Numbered from the stretch's first letter, positions 18,328-29,376 are shown. The stretch is DNA of 64,000 nt from Vicinamibacteria bacterium (GCA_046331285.1 JAXLRD010000011.1:69790-133789), one strand, 5' to 3'. Notes: generated by a model not told the origin, from the sequence alone. Numbers and translations are program-made.

Positions 18328-18653
18328 AGCGAGGAACGATCGTCGTGGTCGCCGCCCGCGGCGCCTACACGGGCAAGCCGCGCCCGGCCGTGGTGGTCCA
18401 GTCGGACCTCTTCAACCCGACCCACGCGAGCGTGACCGTCTGCCCGGTCACGACGGAGTGCGTCGACGCTCCGCTGTTCCGCCCCACGCTCCTGCCCGGT
18501 CCACGCACGGGCCTGAAGCAGGTGTCCCAGGTGATGGTGGACAAGCTCGTGTCGGTCCCGCGGGCCGCCATTCGCCAGGAGATCGGCGAGTGCGACGGCC
18601 ACGAGGTCGAGGCCCTGGACGAATGTCTCCGTCGGTGGCTCGAGCTCGGCTAG
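18324..18653 (+). CDS. PemK/MazF-family type II toxin (endoribonuclease)
   Basis: VKRGTIVVVAARGAYTGKPRPAVVVQSDLFN...VTVCPVTT...SQVMVDKLVSVPRAAI is typical of MazF/PemK. Confidence 0.8.
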   Translation: MKRGTIVVVAARGAYTGKPRPAVVVQSDLFNPTHASVTVCPVTTECVDAPLFRPTLLPGPRTGLKQVSQVMVDKLVSVPRAAIRQEIGECDGHEVEALDECLRRWLELG

Positions 18654-18667
18654 AGAGGCAGGGGGAA

Positions 18668-18760
18668 ACGGACACGGCCCTTTCTGCTTTGGGACGGAAC
18701 TGAGGAAACGGTCAACGGACAACGAAGAAGAGAAGAACGGACAACGGATGACGGACAACG
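18668..18760. repeat. Dispersed decamer repeats ACGGACAACG in the toxin/proS intergenic region
   Basis: Perfect copies at 18715, 18737 and 18751. Degenerate copies at 18668 (ACGGACACGG) and 18708 (ACGGTCAACG). Confidence 0.5.
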
Positions 18761-18762
18761 CA

Positions 18763-18797
18763 CCGTGGGATTCGCGCTCATCGGGCGAATCCCACGG
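18763..18797. terminator. Perfect 13-bp hairpin between the convergent toxin gene and proS
   Basis: CCGTGGGATTCGC, a 9-nt loop, then GCGAATCCCACGG. A third copy of the arm lies at 18804-18816. Confidence 0.5.
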
Positions 18798-18820
18798 GAC
18801 CTGGCGAATCCCACGGAGCC

Positions 18821-20266
18821 TTAGTACGCCTGCGCGAAGTAGACGAGCCTTCCCTTCTGGCCCGTGTAGACGCACTCGGCTTCTACGGGATCGCCCATCG
18901 GCATCACGCGGATCGTGGCCTTCGTCTCTTCCTTGATCTTGGCCTCGACGGCCGCGTCGCCGTTCCAGCCGGCGAGGATGAAGCCGCGCTTGTCGGCCAT
19001 CACCTGCTTGAACTCGTCGTAGCTCTTCACCTGGGTGGTGTTCGCGGCGACGAAGGCGCGGGCCTTCTCGAGGAGGTCCTTCTGCATGGCGTCGAGGATC
19101 TCCGGCAGGCGCGCGGCGAGCCCGGCGAGCGGCACGAACTCCTTCGCGCGGGTGTCGCGGCGGACGAGCACGCACTGCTCCTTCTCGACGTCCTTCGGCC
19201 CGAGCTCGAGGCGCACGGGCACCCCGCGCATCTCCCAGTCGGCGTACTTGTAGCCGACCTGGAACTGGTCGCGGTCGTCGAGGTGCACGCGCACGCCGGC
19301 GGCCTTCAGCATCGCCACGACCTCGCGGGCCTTCGGCAGGATCGCCTCGTTCCAGTCGCCCTTCCGCGGCGGGATCGGGACGATCACGACCTGGTGGGGC
19401 GCGACCTTCGGCGGGAGCACGAGCCCGGAGTCGTCGCCGTGGGTCATGATGAGGCCGCCGACCATGCGGGTCGAGGTCCCCCACGACGTCGACCACGGCT
19501 TCGCCCGCTGCTGGTTCTTGTCGAGGTACTCGATGCCGTAGGCCTCGGCGAAGTGCTGGCCGAGGTTGTGGCTCGTGCCGGCCTGCAGCGCCCGGCCGTC
19601 GCCCATCAGCGCCTCGATCGCGTAGGTCCGGAGCGCGCCGGCGAACTTCTCCGTCTCCGTCTTCTGGCCGAAGAGGACGGGCATCGCCAGCATCTCCTCG
19701 GAGAAGGCGCGGTAGACGTCGAGCATCTTGAGCGTCTCCTCCTGCGCCTCCTCGGCGGTGGCGTGGAGGGTGTGGCCCTCCTGCCAGAGGAACTCCGTCG
19801 TGCGCAGGAACGGCCGCGTGACCTTCTCCCAGCGGACGACGTTCGCCCACTGGTTGAGGAGCACCGGCAGGTCGCGCCACGAGCCCACCCACTTCGCGAA
19901 CGTCGAGCAGATGATCGCCTCCGAGGTCGGGCGGATCGCGATCGGCTCCTCGAGCTCGGCCCCGCCGCCGATCGTCACCCACGCGCACTCGGGCGAGAAG
20001 CCCTCGACGTGCTCCTTCTCGCGCTCCAGGAGGCTCTTCGGCACGAACAGCGGGAAGTACGCGTTGACGTGGCCGGTCTCCTTGATGCGCCGGTCCATGT
20101 CGCGCTGCATGTGCTCCCACACGGCGTAGCCGTAGGGCTTGATGATCATGCAGCCCTTCACCGGGCCGTAGTCGGCCATGTCGGCCTTGAGCACCACGTC
20201 GAGGTACCACTGCGAGTAGTCCTCGCCCTTCGGGGTGATCTCCTTGGAGACGCGTTCCTGTTCCAT
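18821..20266 (-). CDS. proS: Proline-tRNA ligase, archaeal/eukaryote-like (ProRS type 3)
   Basis: MEQERVSKEITPKGEDYSQWYLDVVLKADMADYGPVKGCMIIKPYGY...FLWQEGHT...AGTSHNLGQHFA... ATG at 20266; ends in the canonical ...VYFAQAY. Confidence 0.95.
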   Translation of the reverse strand: MEQERVSKEITPKGEDYSQWYLDVVLKADMADYGPVKGCMIIKPYGYAVWEHMQRDMDRRIKETGHVNAYFPLFVPKSLLEREKEHVEGFSPECAWVTIGGGAELEEPIAIRPTSEAIICSTFAKWVGSWRDLPVLLNQWANVVRWEKVTRPFLRTTEFLWQEGHTLHATAEEAQEETLKMLDVYRAFSEEMLAMPVLFGQKTETEKFAGALRTYAIEALMGDGRALQAGTSHNLGQHFAEAYGIEYLDKNQQRAKPWSTSWGTSTRMVGGLIMTHGDDSGLVLPPKVAPHQVVIVPIPPRKGDWNEAILPKAREVVAMLKAAGVRVHLDDRDQFQVGYKYADWEMRGVPVRLELGPKDVEKEQCVLVRRDTRAKEFVPLAGLAARLPEILDAMQKDLLEKARAFVAANTTQVKSYDEFKQVMADKRGFILAGWNGDAAVEAKIKEETKATIRVMPMGDPVEAECVYTGQKGRLVYFAQAY

Positions 20267-20271
20267 GACGC

Positions 20272-21297
20272 CTACCGGCCCTCCTGGGCCTTCTGCGGGT
20301 AGAGGAGCGAGAGCACGATCGACGCGGCGATCACGCCGACGATGATGCCGAGCGACACGCCGATCGGGAAGTGGCCGCCCCAGAGGCGGTTGAGGATCGC
20401 CATCTTGAGGCCGACGAAGACGAGGACGATCCCGAGGCCGTACTTCAGCAGGTGGAACTTGTCGACCGCCCCCGCGAGCAGGAAGTACAGGTTCCGCAGG
20501 CCGAGGATCGCGAAGATGTTCGACGTGAAGACGACGAACGGCTCGCGGGTGAGGCCGAAGATGGCCGGCACCGAGTCGACGGCGAAGAGGATGTCCGTCA
20601 TCTCGAGGAAGAGGAGGGCGATGAAGAGCGGGGTCGCGTGGAGCGTCCCGTCCTTGCGGACGAAGAAGCGCTGGCCCTCGAAGCCCGCCGTCACGGGGAC
20701 GTGCTTCCGGAACTGCCGGATCACCCACCGCTCGTGCGGCTCGACCGGCCCCTCCTCCCCGCCGAACATCATGCGGACGCCCGTGAAGACGAGGAAGGCG
20801 CCGAAGATCCAGATCACGACCTCGAACCGCAGGAGCGCCGCGCCGAGGGCGATGAAGACGCCGCGGAAGACGAGCGCGCCGAGGATCCCGAAGAAGAGGA
20901 CCCGGTGCTGGTAGGCGGCGGGCACGCCGAAGTAGGTCAGGACGACGACGAAGACGAAGATGTTGTCGACCGAGAGCGAGTACTCGACGACGTAGCCGGC
21001 GAGGAACTCGAGGGCCGTCTGGCTCGCGGCGGCGGCCGGGTCGAAGCCGGGGATCGCGAGGAGCCGCGCGTCCTGCGGGAAGTGCCACCGCATGTAGGCC
21101 CAGAAGCCCAGGTTGAAGAGGAGCGCGAGCGACACCCACACGACGCTCCACCCGGCCGCCTCGCGGATCGAGACCGCGTGGGCGCTCCGGTGGAAGACCC
21201 CGAGGTCGACCGCGAGGAGCACGAAGACGAGGACGAGGAAGCCCAGGTAGGCGGGCCAGTACTCGGCGAAGGGGAACAGCGACACTTGGGCGGTCAT
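20272..21297 (-). CDS. TerC/Alx-family integral membrane protein
   Basis: 341 aa, multi-TM, with conserved EYSLSVDNIFVF and LEMTDILFAVDSVPAI motifs. Confidence 0.85.
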   Translation of the reverse strand: MTAQVSLFPFAEYWPAYLGFLVLVFVLLAVDLGVFHRSAHAVSIREAAGWSVVWVSLALLFNLGFWAYMRWHFPQDARLLAIPGFDPAAAASQTALEFLAGYVVEYSLSVDNIFVFVVVLTYFGVPAAYQHRVLFFGILGALVFRGVFIALGAALLRFEVVIWIFGAFLVFTGVRMMFGGEEGPVEPHERWVIRQFRKHVPVTAGFEGQRFFVRKDGTLHATPLFIALLFLEMTDILFAVDSVPAIFGLTREPFVVFTSNIFAILGLRNLYFLLAGAVDKFHLLKYGLGIVLVFVGLKMAILNRLWGGHFPIGVSLGIIVGVIAASIVLSLLYPQKAQEGR

Positions 21298-21426
21298 CGG
21301 GCGCTCGAAACTCGTAGTTTACCAGACGGCCGGGTTCCCCCTTGACGGCCGCGGCCCGCCGCTGCTAGCGTTCCGCCCGGCCTCGCGGGCCGCCTTTCCT
21401 CCCTCTCCCGGAAAGGCGACTTCCCC

Positions 21427-21972
21427 ATGACGTCGAGAATGCTGGTTCTGCCGATCGGACTCGGTCTGACGGCTTTCGTCTGCCCGCCCCGGCTCCGCGC
21501 CGCCGAGGCCGCCACGCCCCGCCCTCCCGCTCGCGTCTACACGAACGAGGACCTGGACCGCGTCCGCCCCTTCCGCGACGAGGTCGGCGGTCGCTCGGTC
21601 CCGGCGGTGGTCCCCGGCGAGGATTCGTCCGGAGCCCGCGGCGGCCGCCGGCCGGCGCGCGACGGCGGCTCGTCGCCTCGCCCCCACGACGAAGGCTGGT
21701 GGCGGACGGAAGCGCGCCGGGTCCGCGAGCGTGTCGAGGCGCTGCGCGCGCAGGCCGACGAGCTGCGGGCGAAGATCGCGGCCGCGGAGGACGAGCGCCG
21801 CGCGTACAACCGCTCGCTCGGCTCCGGCAGAGCGCGGGCCGCGCAGCCCCGGGGCCCCGAGCCGGGTGCTTCGGCCCGCCTCGCCGGCCTCGAGCGGCGC
21901 GCGAAGTCGATGGAGGACGACCTCCTCGAGCGCGCGCGGCGCGAAGGGGCCCTGCCCGGCTGGCTGCGGTGA
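21427..21972 (+). CDS. Secreted coiled-coil protein (YTNEDL ... LERRAK), uncharacterised
   Basis: Signal peptide, the VYTNEDLDRV motif, a low-complexity linker and a helical C-terminus LAGLERRAKSMEDDLLERARREG. Paralog of 29377..29931. Confidence 0.55.
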   Translation: MTSRMLVLPIGLGLTAFVCPPRLRAAEAATPRPPARVYTNEDLDRVRPFRDEVGGRSVPAVVPGEDSSGARGGRRPARDGGSSPRPHDEGWWRTEARRVRERVEALRAQADELRAKIAAAEDERRAYNRSLGSGRARAAQPRGPEPGASARLAGLERRAKSMEDDLLERARREGALPGWLR

Positions 21973-22015
21973 GCGCGGACGGGCGCGGCGGGCGCCGGTG
22001 CTATGCTCCGGCGTC

Positions 22016-23103
22016 ATGCTCCAGATCCCCGTCGAGCTCGGCGAGCGGCGCTACACCGTGTCCGTGGGGCACGGGCTCGCGCGCGGCTTCCCCGCGCGCT
22101 CGCGGCCCTGCGCGGCCGGCGCACCGTGGTCGTGGCCGGCCGGAGGGTGCTCGCGCTCCACGGCCGCGCCCTCGAGCGGCCGCTCCGCGCCCTCGGCGCG
22201 GTCGCCACCGTCGCCCTGCCCGACGGCGAGCGGTTCAAGACGGCCGCCACGCTCGGGACGATCCACGACGCGCTCGTCGACGCGCGGCTCGGCCGCGACG
22301 GGCTGGTGCTCGCGCTCGGCGGGGGCGTCGTCGGCGACATGGCCGGCTTCGCCGCCGCCACCTACATGCGCGGGGTCGACTGGGTCGGGGTGCCGACGAC
22401 GCTCCTCGCGATGGTCGACAGCTCCGTCGGCGGCAAGACGGGCATCAACCATCCGCGCGGGAAGAACCTGATCGGCGCGTTCCACCAGCCGAGGGCCGTC
22501 GTCATCGACCCGGCGTTCCTCGCGACGCTGCCGCCCCGGGAGCTGCGCGCGGGCGCCTTCGAGGTCCTGAAGTGCGCGATCCTCGCCGACGCGCCGCTCC
22601 TCGACGCGCTCGAGGCCGCTCCCGCCGGCGTCGTCGGCTGGGACGCCGGCGCGTTCGAGCGGGCGATCGCGACCGCGGTGAGGGTGAAGGCCGAGGTCGT
22701 GGCCGGTGACGAGAAGGAAGGCGGCTGGCGGCGCGTGCTGAACCTCGGCCACACGATCGGCCACGCGCTCGAGGCGGTGACGCGCTACCGGCGGTTCGTG
22801 CACGGCGAGGCGGTCGGGTGGGGCCTCGTGGGCGCGGCGGCGATCGCGCGCGACCGCGGCCTGCTCGAGGCCGCGGCCTTCGAGAGGATCGCCGGTGCGG
22901 TCGACCACGTGGGACCCCGGCCGCGCGTGTCGGACCTCGACCCCAGGGCGGTCCTCGAGGCCCTCTCGCACGACAAGAAGGCGCGGAAGGGCCGCGTGCC
23001 GTTCGTCCTCCCCGCGGGCATCGGGCGCGTGGAGATCCACGACGACGTGACGGCCGCGGAGATCCGCCGGGCCCTGCGGACGATGGCCGCGCGGGAGGTC
23101 TGA
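22016..23103 (+). CDS. aroB: 3-dehydroquinate synthase with an apparent 1-nt frameshift near 22085-22090
   Basis: The N-terminus MLQIPVELGERRYTVSVGHGLARG is in the frame of ATG 22016. The rest (LPRALAALRGRRTVVV...GGGVVGDMAGFAAATYMRGV...VDSSVGGKTGINH...LNLGHTIGHALE) is in the frame of ORF 22003..23103. Confidence 0.8.
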
Positions 23104-23112
23104 CGCCGGGAG

Positions 23113-24042
23113 CTAGTCCTCCTGCCCCATGAGCGTGACGAGGACGGCCTTCTGCACGTGCAGCCGGTTCTCGGCCTCGTCGAAGACGACGCTCTGCGGC
23201 CCGTCGATCACGTCGGCGGCGACCTCTTCGCCGCGGTGGGCCGGCAGGCAGTGCATGAAGACGCACTCGCTCGACGCGCGCGCCATCAGGGCGGACGTGA
23301 CCTGGAAGCCCTGGAAGTCGGCGAGCCGCTTCCGGCTCTCGGCCTCCTGGCCCATCGACGTCCAGACGTCGGTGTAGACGACGTCCGCCCCCGCGACCGC
23401 TTCGGCGGGATCGGCGGTGATCTCGGGCGCCGGCCCGCCGAGCTTCTGCGCCTCGCGCGCCGCGCTCTTGAAGATGAGCGGGTTCGGCTCGTAGCCCTTC
23501 GGGCAGCCGATCGAGAAGCGCATCCCGAGCTTCACCGCTCCGAACATGAGCTCGTGGGCCACGTTGTTCCCGTCGCCCACGTACGCCATCTTGAGGCCGG
23601 CGAGGTCCCCGCGCCGCTCGCGCAGCGTGAAGTAGTCGGCGAGGGCCTGGCACGGGTGGAGGAGGTCCGACAGGCCGTTGATGACGGGCACGCTGCCGTG
23701 GCGGGCGAGGTCGAGCACGTCCTGGTGCGCGAACACCCGGGCCATGATCCCGTTCACGTAGCGGGACAGGACGCGCGCGGTGTCCGCGATCGACTCGCCG
23801 CGGTGGAGCTGGATGTCGTTCGAGCTCAGGAAGAGCGCCTGGCCCCCGAGCTGGTGCATGCCCACCTCGAACGACACGCGCGTCCTCGTCGACGGCTTCT
23901 GGAAGATCATCGCCAGCGACTGGCCCTCGAGGGCGGTCCGGTAGCTCTCCGGGTTCGCCTTGAGCGCGGCGGAGAGCTCGAAGAGCAGCTCGAGCTCCTC
24001 GCGCGACCAGTCCTTCAGCGACAGGAAGTGCTTGTCGGCCAT
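23113..24042 (-). CDS. argF: Ornithine carbamoyltransferase
   Basis: FQKPSTRTRVSFE, HPCQALAD and HCLPAHRGEE motifs; 309 aa. Confidence 0.9.
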   Translation of the reverse strand: MADKHFLSLKDWSREELELLFELSAALKANPESYRTALEGQSLAMIFQKPSTRTRVSFEVGMHQLGGQALFLSSNDIQLHRGESIADTARVLSRYVNGIMARVFAHQDVLDLARHGSVPVINGLSDLLHPCQALADYFTLRERRGDLAGLKMAYVGDGNNVAHELMFGAVKLGMRFSIGCPKGYEPNPLIFKSAAREAQKLGGPAPEITADPAEAVAGADVVYTDVWTSMGQEAESRKRLADFQGFQVTSALMARASSECVFMHCLPAHRGEEVAADVIDGPQSVVFDEAENRLHVQKAVLVTLMGQED

Positions 24043-24049
24043 GGCCTCC

Positions 24050-25357
24050 TCAGAACCGCGCGAGCACGTCCGCGAGGTCCGGTTTCCCGATCTCCTGCAG
24101 CTCGTAGCCGACGCGCAGGGCCGGCTTGTCGATCCGCACCACCCGCCGCAGGTCGATGGGCGTCGCGACGAGGACGACGTCGCACGGCGTCCGCGCGATC
24201 GTCGCCTCGAGGTCCTTCACCTGCTGCTCGCCGTAGCCCATCGCGGGCAGCAGCGTCCCGATCCCGGGGTACTTCTCGAACGTCGCGGCGAGGGTGCCCA
24301 CCGTGTACGGCCGGGGGTCGACGATCTCGGCCGCGCCGTGGCGGATCGCGGCGAGGACGCCCGCGCCGTACTTCATCTCGCCGTGGGTCAGGGTCGGGCC
24401 GTCCTCGACCGCGAGGACGCGCCGGCCGCGGATGGACGAGGCGTCCTCCACCGTCAGCGGCGAGGCCGCGTCGACCACGATCGCCCCGGGGTTCAGCTCG
24501 CGGACCGACCGGCGCACCGCCTCGATGCCTTCGGGCGCGGCGGAGTCGATCTTGTTGATCACGACCACGTGGGCGCGGCGCAGGTTCGCTTCGCCGGGGT
24601 GGTAGGTGCGCTCGTGGCCCGGCCGGTGCGGGTCGGCCACCACGATCTCGAGGTCCGGCCGGTAGAACGGCAGGTCGTTGTTCCCGCCGTCCCAGAGGAC
24701 GACGTCGGCTTCCTTCTCGGCCTCGGCGAGGATCGCGCCGTAGTCGACGCCGGCGTAGATGACGCCGCCCGCGGCGATGTGCGGCTCGTACTCCTCGCGC
24801 TCCTCGATCGTGCACTCGTGCCGGTCGAGGTCCGCCATCGCGGCGAAGCGCTGGACCTTCTGCTTCACGAGGTCGCCGTAGGGCATCGGGTGGCGGATCG
24901 CCACGACACGCCGGCCCTTCGCACGGAGGATCGCCGCCACCTTCCGTGTCGTCTGGCTCTTGCCCGCGCCGGTGCGCACCGCGCAGACCGACACGACCGG
25001 GACCTTCGCCTTCAGCATCGACGCGTCGGGCCCGATCAGGCGGAAGTCCGCGCCGCAGGCGAGGACCAGCGACGCCTTGTGCATCACCGTCTCGTGCGAC
25101 ACGTCGCTGTACGCGAAGACCACCTCGTCGGCCTTCAGGTCGCGGACGAGCGCGGGAAGGTCCGGCTCCGGGTGAATGGGGATCCCCTCGGGGTAGAGCG
25201 GTCCGGCCAGCTCCTTCGGGTAGCGGCGGCCGTCGATGTTCGGGATCTGGGTCGCGGTGAACGCGAGGACGCGCTTCGTCTCGTCGGCGCGGAAGACGGT
25301 GTTGAAGTTGTGGAAGTCGCGGCCGGCGGCTCCCATGATGATGACCCGGGTGGGCAC
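24050..25357 (-). CDS. COG2403-type predicted GTPase / cyclic 2,3-diphosphoglycerate synthetase-like protein
   Basis: VPTRVIIMGAAGRDFHNFN...VCAVRTGAGKSQTT (P-loop). GTG at 25357 follows GGAGGAAAGGAG. Only the last 435 codons of the track ORF are credible. Confidence 0.7.
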   Translation of the reverse strand: MPTRVIIMGAAGRDFHNFNTVFRADETKRVLAFTATQIPNIDGRRYPKELAGPLYPEGIPIHPEPDLPALVRDLKADEVVFAYSDVSHETVMHKASLVLACGADFRLIGPDASMLKAKVPVVSVCAVRTGAGKSQTTRKVAAILRAKGRRVVAIRHPMPYGDLVKQKVQRFAAMADLDRHECTIEEREEYEPHIAAGGVIYAGVDYGAILAEAEKEADVVLWDGGNNDLPFYRPDLEIVVADPHRPGHERTYHPGEANLRRAHVVVINKIDSAAPEGIEAVRRSVRELNPGAIVVDAASPLTVEDASSIRGRRVLAVEDGPTLTHGEMKYGAGVLAAIRHGAAEIVDPRPYTVGTLAATFEKYPGIGTLLPAMGYGEQQVKDLEATIARTPCDVVLVATPIDLRRVVRIDKPALRVGYELQEIGKPDLADVLARF

Positions 25358-25456
25358 GTCGAGCTCCTTTCCTCCGTCCGCCCGAGGATCATACGGGGCG
25401 CCTTCTTCGGGCGTCAACGAGCCGACTGATCCATCGGAACGTGGTTGAATGGCGCG

Positions 25457-26065
25457 ATGAAGCTCGTCGCGATCGTCCTCGCCGCGGGCGAGGGGCGCCG
25501 CATGGGCGGGCCGAAGGCCCTCCTCGCGCCGAGCGGGACCACGTTCCTCGCCCGCGCCTGCGAGGCCCTCCGGCGCCCCGGCGTCGCGGAGGTCGTCGCC
25601 GTCCTCGGCGCCTGCGCCGAGCGCGTCGCGCGCGAGGCGAAGGTCCCGGCCGGCGTGCGGGTGATCGTGAACGAACGCTGGCCGGAGGGCATGCTCACCT
25701 CCCTGTGGGCGGGGCTCGACGCCGCGGAGGAGGCGGAGGCCGAGGCCGTCCTCGCCCACCCGGTCGACAACCCGTTCGTCGAGGCGGCCACGGTCGACGC
25801 CGTCGTCGCCGCCCTCGCCAGCGGGGCGCGGATCGTCGTCCCCGCCCACGCCGGCCGCCGCGGCCACCCGGCCGGCTTCGCCCGCGCGGCCTGGCCCGCC
25901 CTGCGCGCGGCGCCCCTCGACCGCGGGGCCCGGGCCGTGCTGGCCGGGCACCCGGAGTGGGTCGTTCACGTCCCCGCCGGCCCCGACTGCCTGGTCGACC
26001 TCGACACGCCGGCGGACGTTCGTGCTAGCCTCAAGGGTTTGCCGAAGAGCGAGGAAACCCGGTAG
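25457..26065 (+). CDS. MobA/MocA-like nucleotidyltransferase
   Basis: [24 protein letters not shown]-terminal NTP-transferase signature. The track ORF starts 12 nt earlier at a TTG. Confidence 0.7.
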   Translation: MKLVAIVLAAGEGRRMGGPKALLAPSGTTFLARACEALRRPGVAEVVAVLGACAERVAREAKVPAGVRVIVNERWPEGMLTSLWAGLDAAEEAEAEAVLAHPVDNPFVEAATVDAVVAALASGARIVVPAHAGRRGHPAGFARAAWPALRAAPLDRGARAVLAGHPEWVVHVPAGPDCLVDLDTPADVRASLKGLPKSEETR

Positions 26066-26070
26066 AGACC

Positions 26071-27882
<1,812 letters not shown>

Positions 27883-27895
27883 GGTCGCGTCCGTC

Positions 27896-29365
27896 CTAGC
27901 CTCGCCCGCGATCCCGCCCGTGGCGCGGGCGAGGCCCGGCGGGTTCCGGCCCGGGCGGCGAGGCTTCGACCGCCGCGTCTTCGCCGGAGGAAACGGCGGC
28001 GGGCGCGGCGGCGTCGCGCAGCCGCCGCCCGAGCGTGGAGACGCTGATCCCCAGCCTCGACGCCGCGGCCGCGCGGTCTCCGCCGGCGGCGCGCAGGGCG
28101 GCCGCGATCGCCTCCTCCTCCGCCCGCGCGGCGGCCCTCCCGACGGCCTCCTCCAGCGTGCCCGTGAGGTCCACCACGTCGGAGAGGTCGGGTCCGCGGC
28201 GAGGCGGCTCGAGGCGCAGGTGCTCGGGGCGAATCGTCGGCCCGTCGCAGAGGATCGCCCCGCGCTCGAGGCAGTTCTGCAGCTCCCGCACGTTACCCGG
28301 CCACGAGTGTTCGAGGAGCACGCGGCGAGCGTCGTCCGACAGCCGCAACTCCCTCCGGCCGAACTCGCGGGCGAGCCGCTGGAGGAACGCCTCGGCGAGG
28401 GGGAGCACGTCGCCGCGCCGGCGGCGGAGGGGCGGGATCTCGATCGGGAGGACGGAGAGCCGGAAGTACAGGTCCTCCCGGAAGAGCTTCTCGCCGACGA
28501 GGGCCCGCAGGTCGCGGTTCGTGGCCGCCACGACCCGGACGTCGACGGAGAGCGTCGCGAGGCCGCCGACGCGCTCGAACTCCCGCTCCTGCACGAGGCG
28601 CAGGATCTTGCCCTGCAGGCTGAGCGGCATGTCGCCGATCTCGTCGAGGAAGAGGGTGCCCCGATGGGCGAGCTCCGCCTTCCCGATCTTCCGCGCCGTC
28701 GCCCCGGTGAAGGCGCCCTTCTCGTGGCCGAACAGCTCGTTCTCCAGCAGGTTCTCCGGGATCGCCGCGCAGTTGATCGCGACGAACGGCCCCTTCGCTC
28801 GGGGCGAGAGCTGGTGCAGTGAGCGCGCCAGGAGCTCCTTCCCGGTGCCGCTCTCCCCGAGCAGGAGCACGGTGGTGTCGCTCGCCGACGCGCGCTGCAG
28901 GCCGAGCATGGCCTCCTGGAACTCCGGGTCCTCGCCGAGGACGCGGGGCAGCCCGAAGCGCTGCTGGTGCTCCTCCTTCAGGATCACCAGCTCGGTCACC
29001 AGGCGCCGCTTCTCGACCACGCGATCGAGGAGGAGGAGGAGGTGGTCGGTGTCGACCGGCTTCGTCAGGAAGTCCGACGCCCCCTCCTTCATCGCCCTCA
29101 CCGCCTCCTCGACGGTGCCGAACGCGGTCATCACGATGACCGCGGCATCGGCGTCGGCCTCCTTCGCCGCGCGCAGGACGTCGAAGCCGCTGCCCGCGGG
29201 CAGACGGAGGTCGGTGAGGACGACGAGGTATCGCCGGACGGCGAGGCGACGCCGGGCCTCGTAGGCGTCGGCGGCCTCGTCCACGGCGTAGCCACGGGAC
29301 GAGAGCATCTGGCGCAGCATCGCGCGCAGAGACTCCTTGTCCTCGACGACCAGGACTTCGGCCAA
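27896..29365 (-). CDS. Sigma-54-dependent (NtrC-family) response regulator, PilR2-like by context
   Basis: REC (VLVVEDKE...LTDLRLP), AAA+ (LLGESGTGKELLA, GAFTGA, ELFGHEKGAFTGA) and a C-terminal HTH. The only in-frame start is TTG at 29365. Confidence 0.85.
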   Translation of the reverse strand: MAEVLVVEDKESLRAMLRQMLSSRGYAVDEAADAYEARRRLAVRRYLVVLTDLRLPAGSGFDVLRAAKEADADAAVIVMTAFGTVEEAVRAMKEGASDFLTKPVDTDHLLLLLDRVVEKRRLVTELVILKEEHQQRFGLPRVLGEDPEFQEAMLGLQRASASDTTVLLLGESGTGKELLARSLHQLSPRAKGPFVAINCAAIPENLLENELFGHEKGAFTGATARKIGKAELAHRGTLFLDEIGDMPLSLQGKILRLVQEREFERVGGLATLSVDVRVVAATNRDLRALVGEKLFREDLYFRLSVLPIEIPPLRRRRGDVLPLAEAFLQRLAREFGRRELRLSDDARRVLLEHSWPGNVRELQNCLERGAILCDGPTIRPEHLRLEPPRRGPDLSDVVDLTGTLEEAVGRAAARAEEEAIAAALRAAGGDRAAAASRLGISVSTLGRRLRDAAAPAAVSSGEDAAVEASPPGPEPAGPRPRHGRDRGRG

Positions 29366-29376
29366 GGAACGGGCGC

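Noticed and set aside
18061-18653. The toxin-antitoxin pair as a marker of a mobile element or genomic island.
   Set aside because: No integrase, transposase, tRNA target or direct repeats flank it, and the neighbours (dcp, proS) are housekeeping genes.
18668-18816. A possible CRISPR-like or mini-array of repeats.
   Set aside because: The repeats are only 10-13 nt with irregular 14-22 nt spacing, and there are no cas genes. I report it instead as an intergenic repeat and terminator region.
22003-22090. ATG 22003 as the aroB start, which would avoid calling a frameshift.
   Set aside because: It yields MLRRHAPDPRRARRAALHRVRGARARAR, unlike any AroB. The neighbouring frame encodes the conserved LGERxY N-terminal strand.
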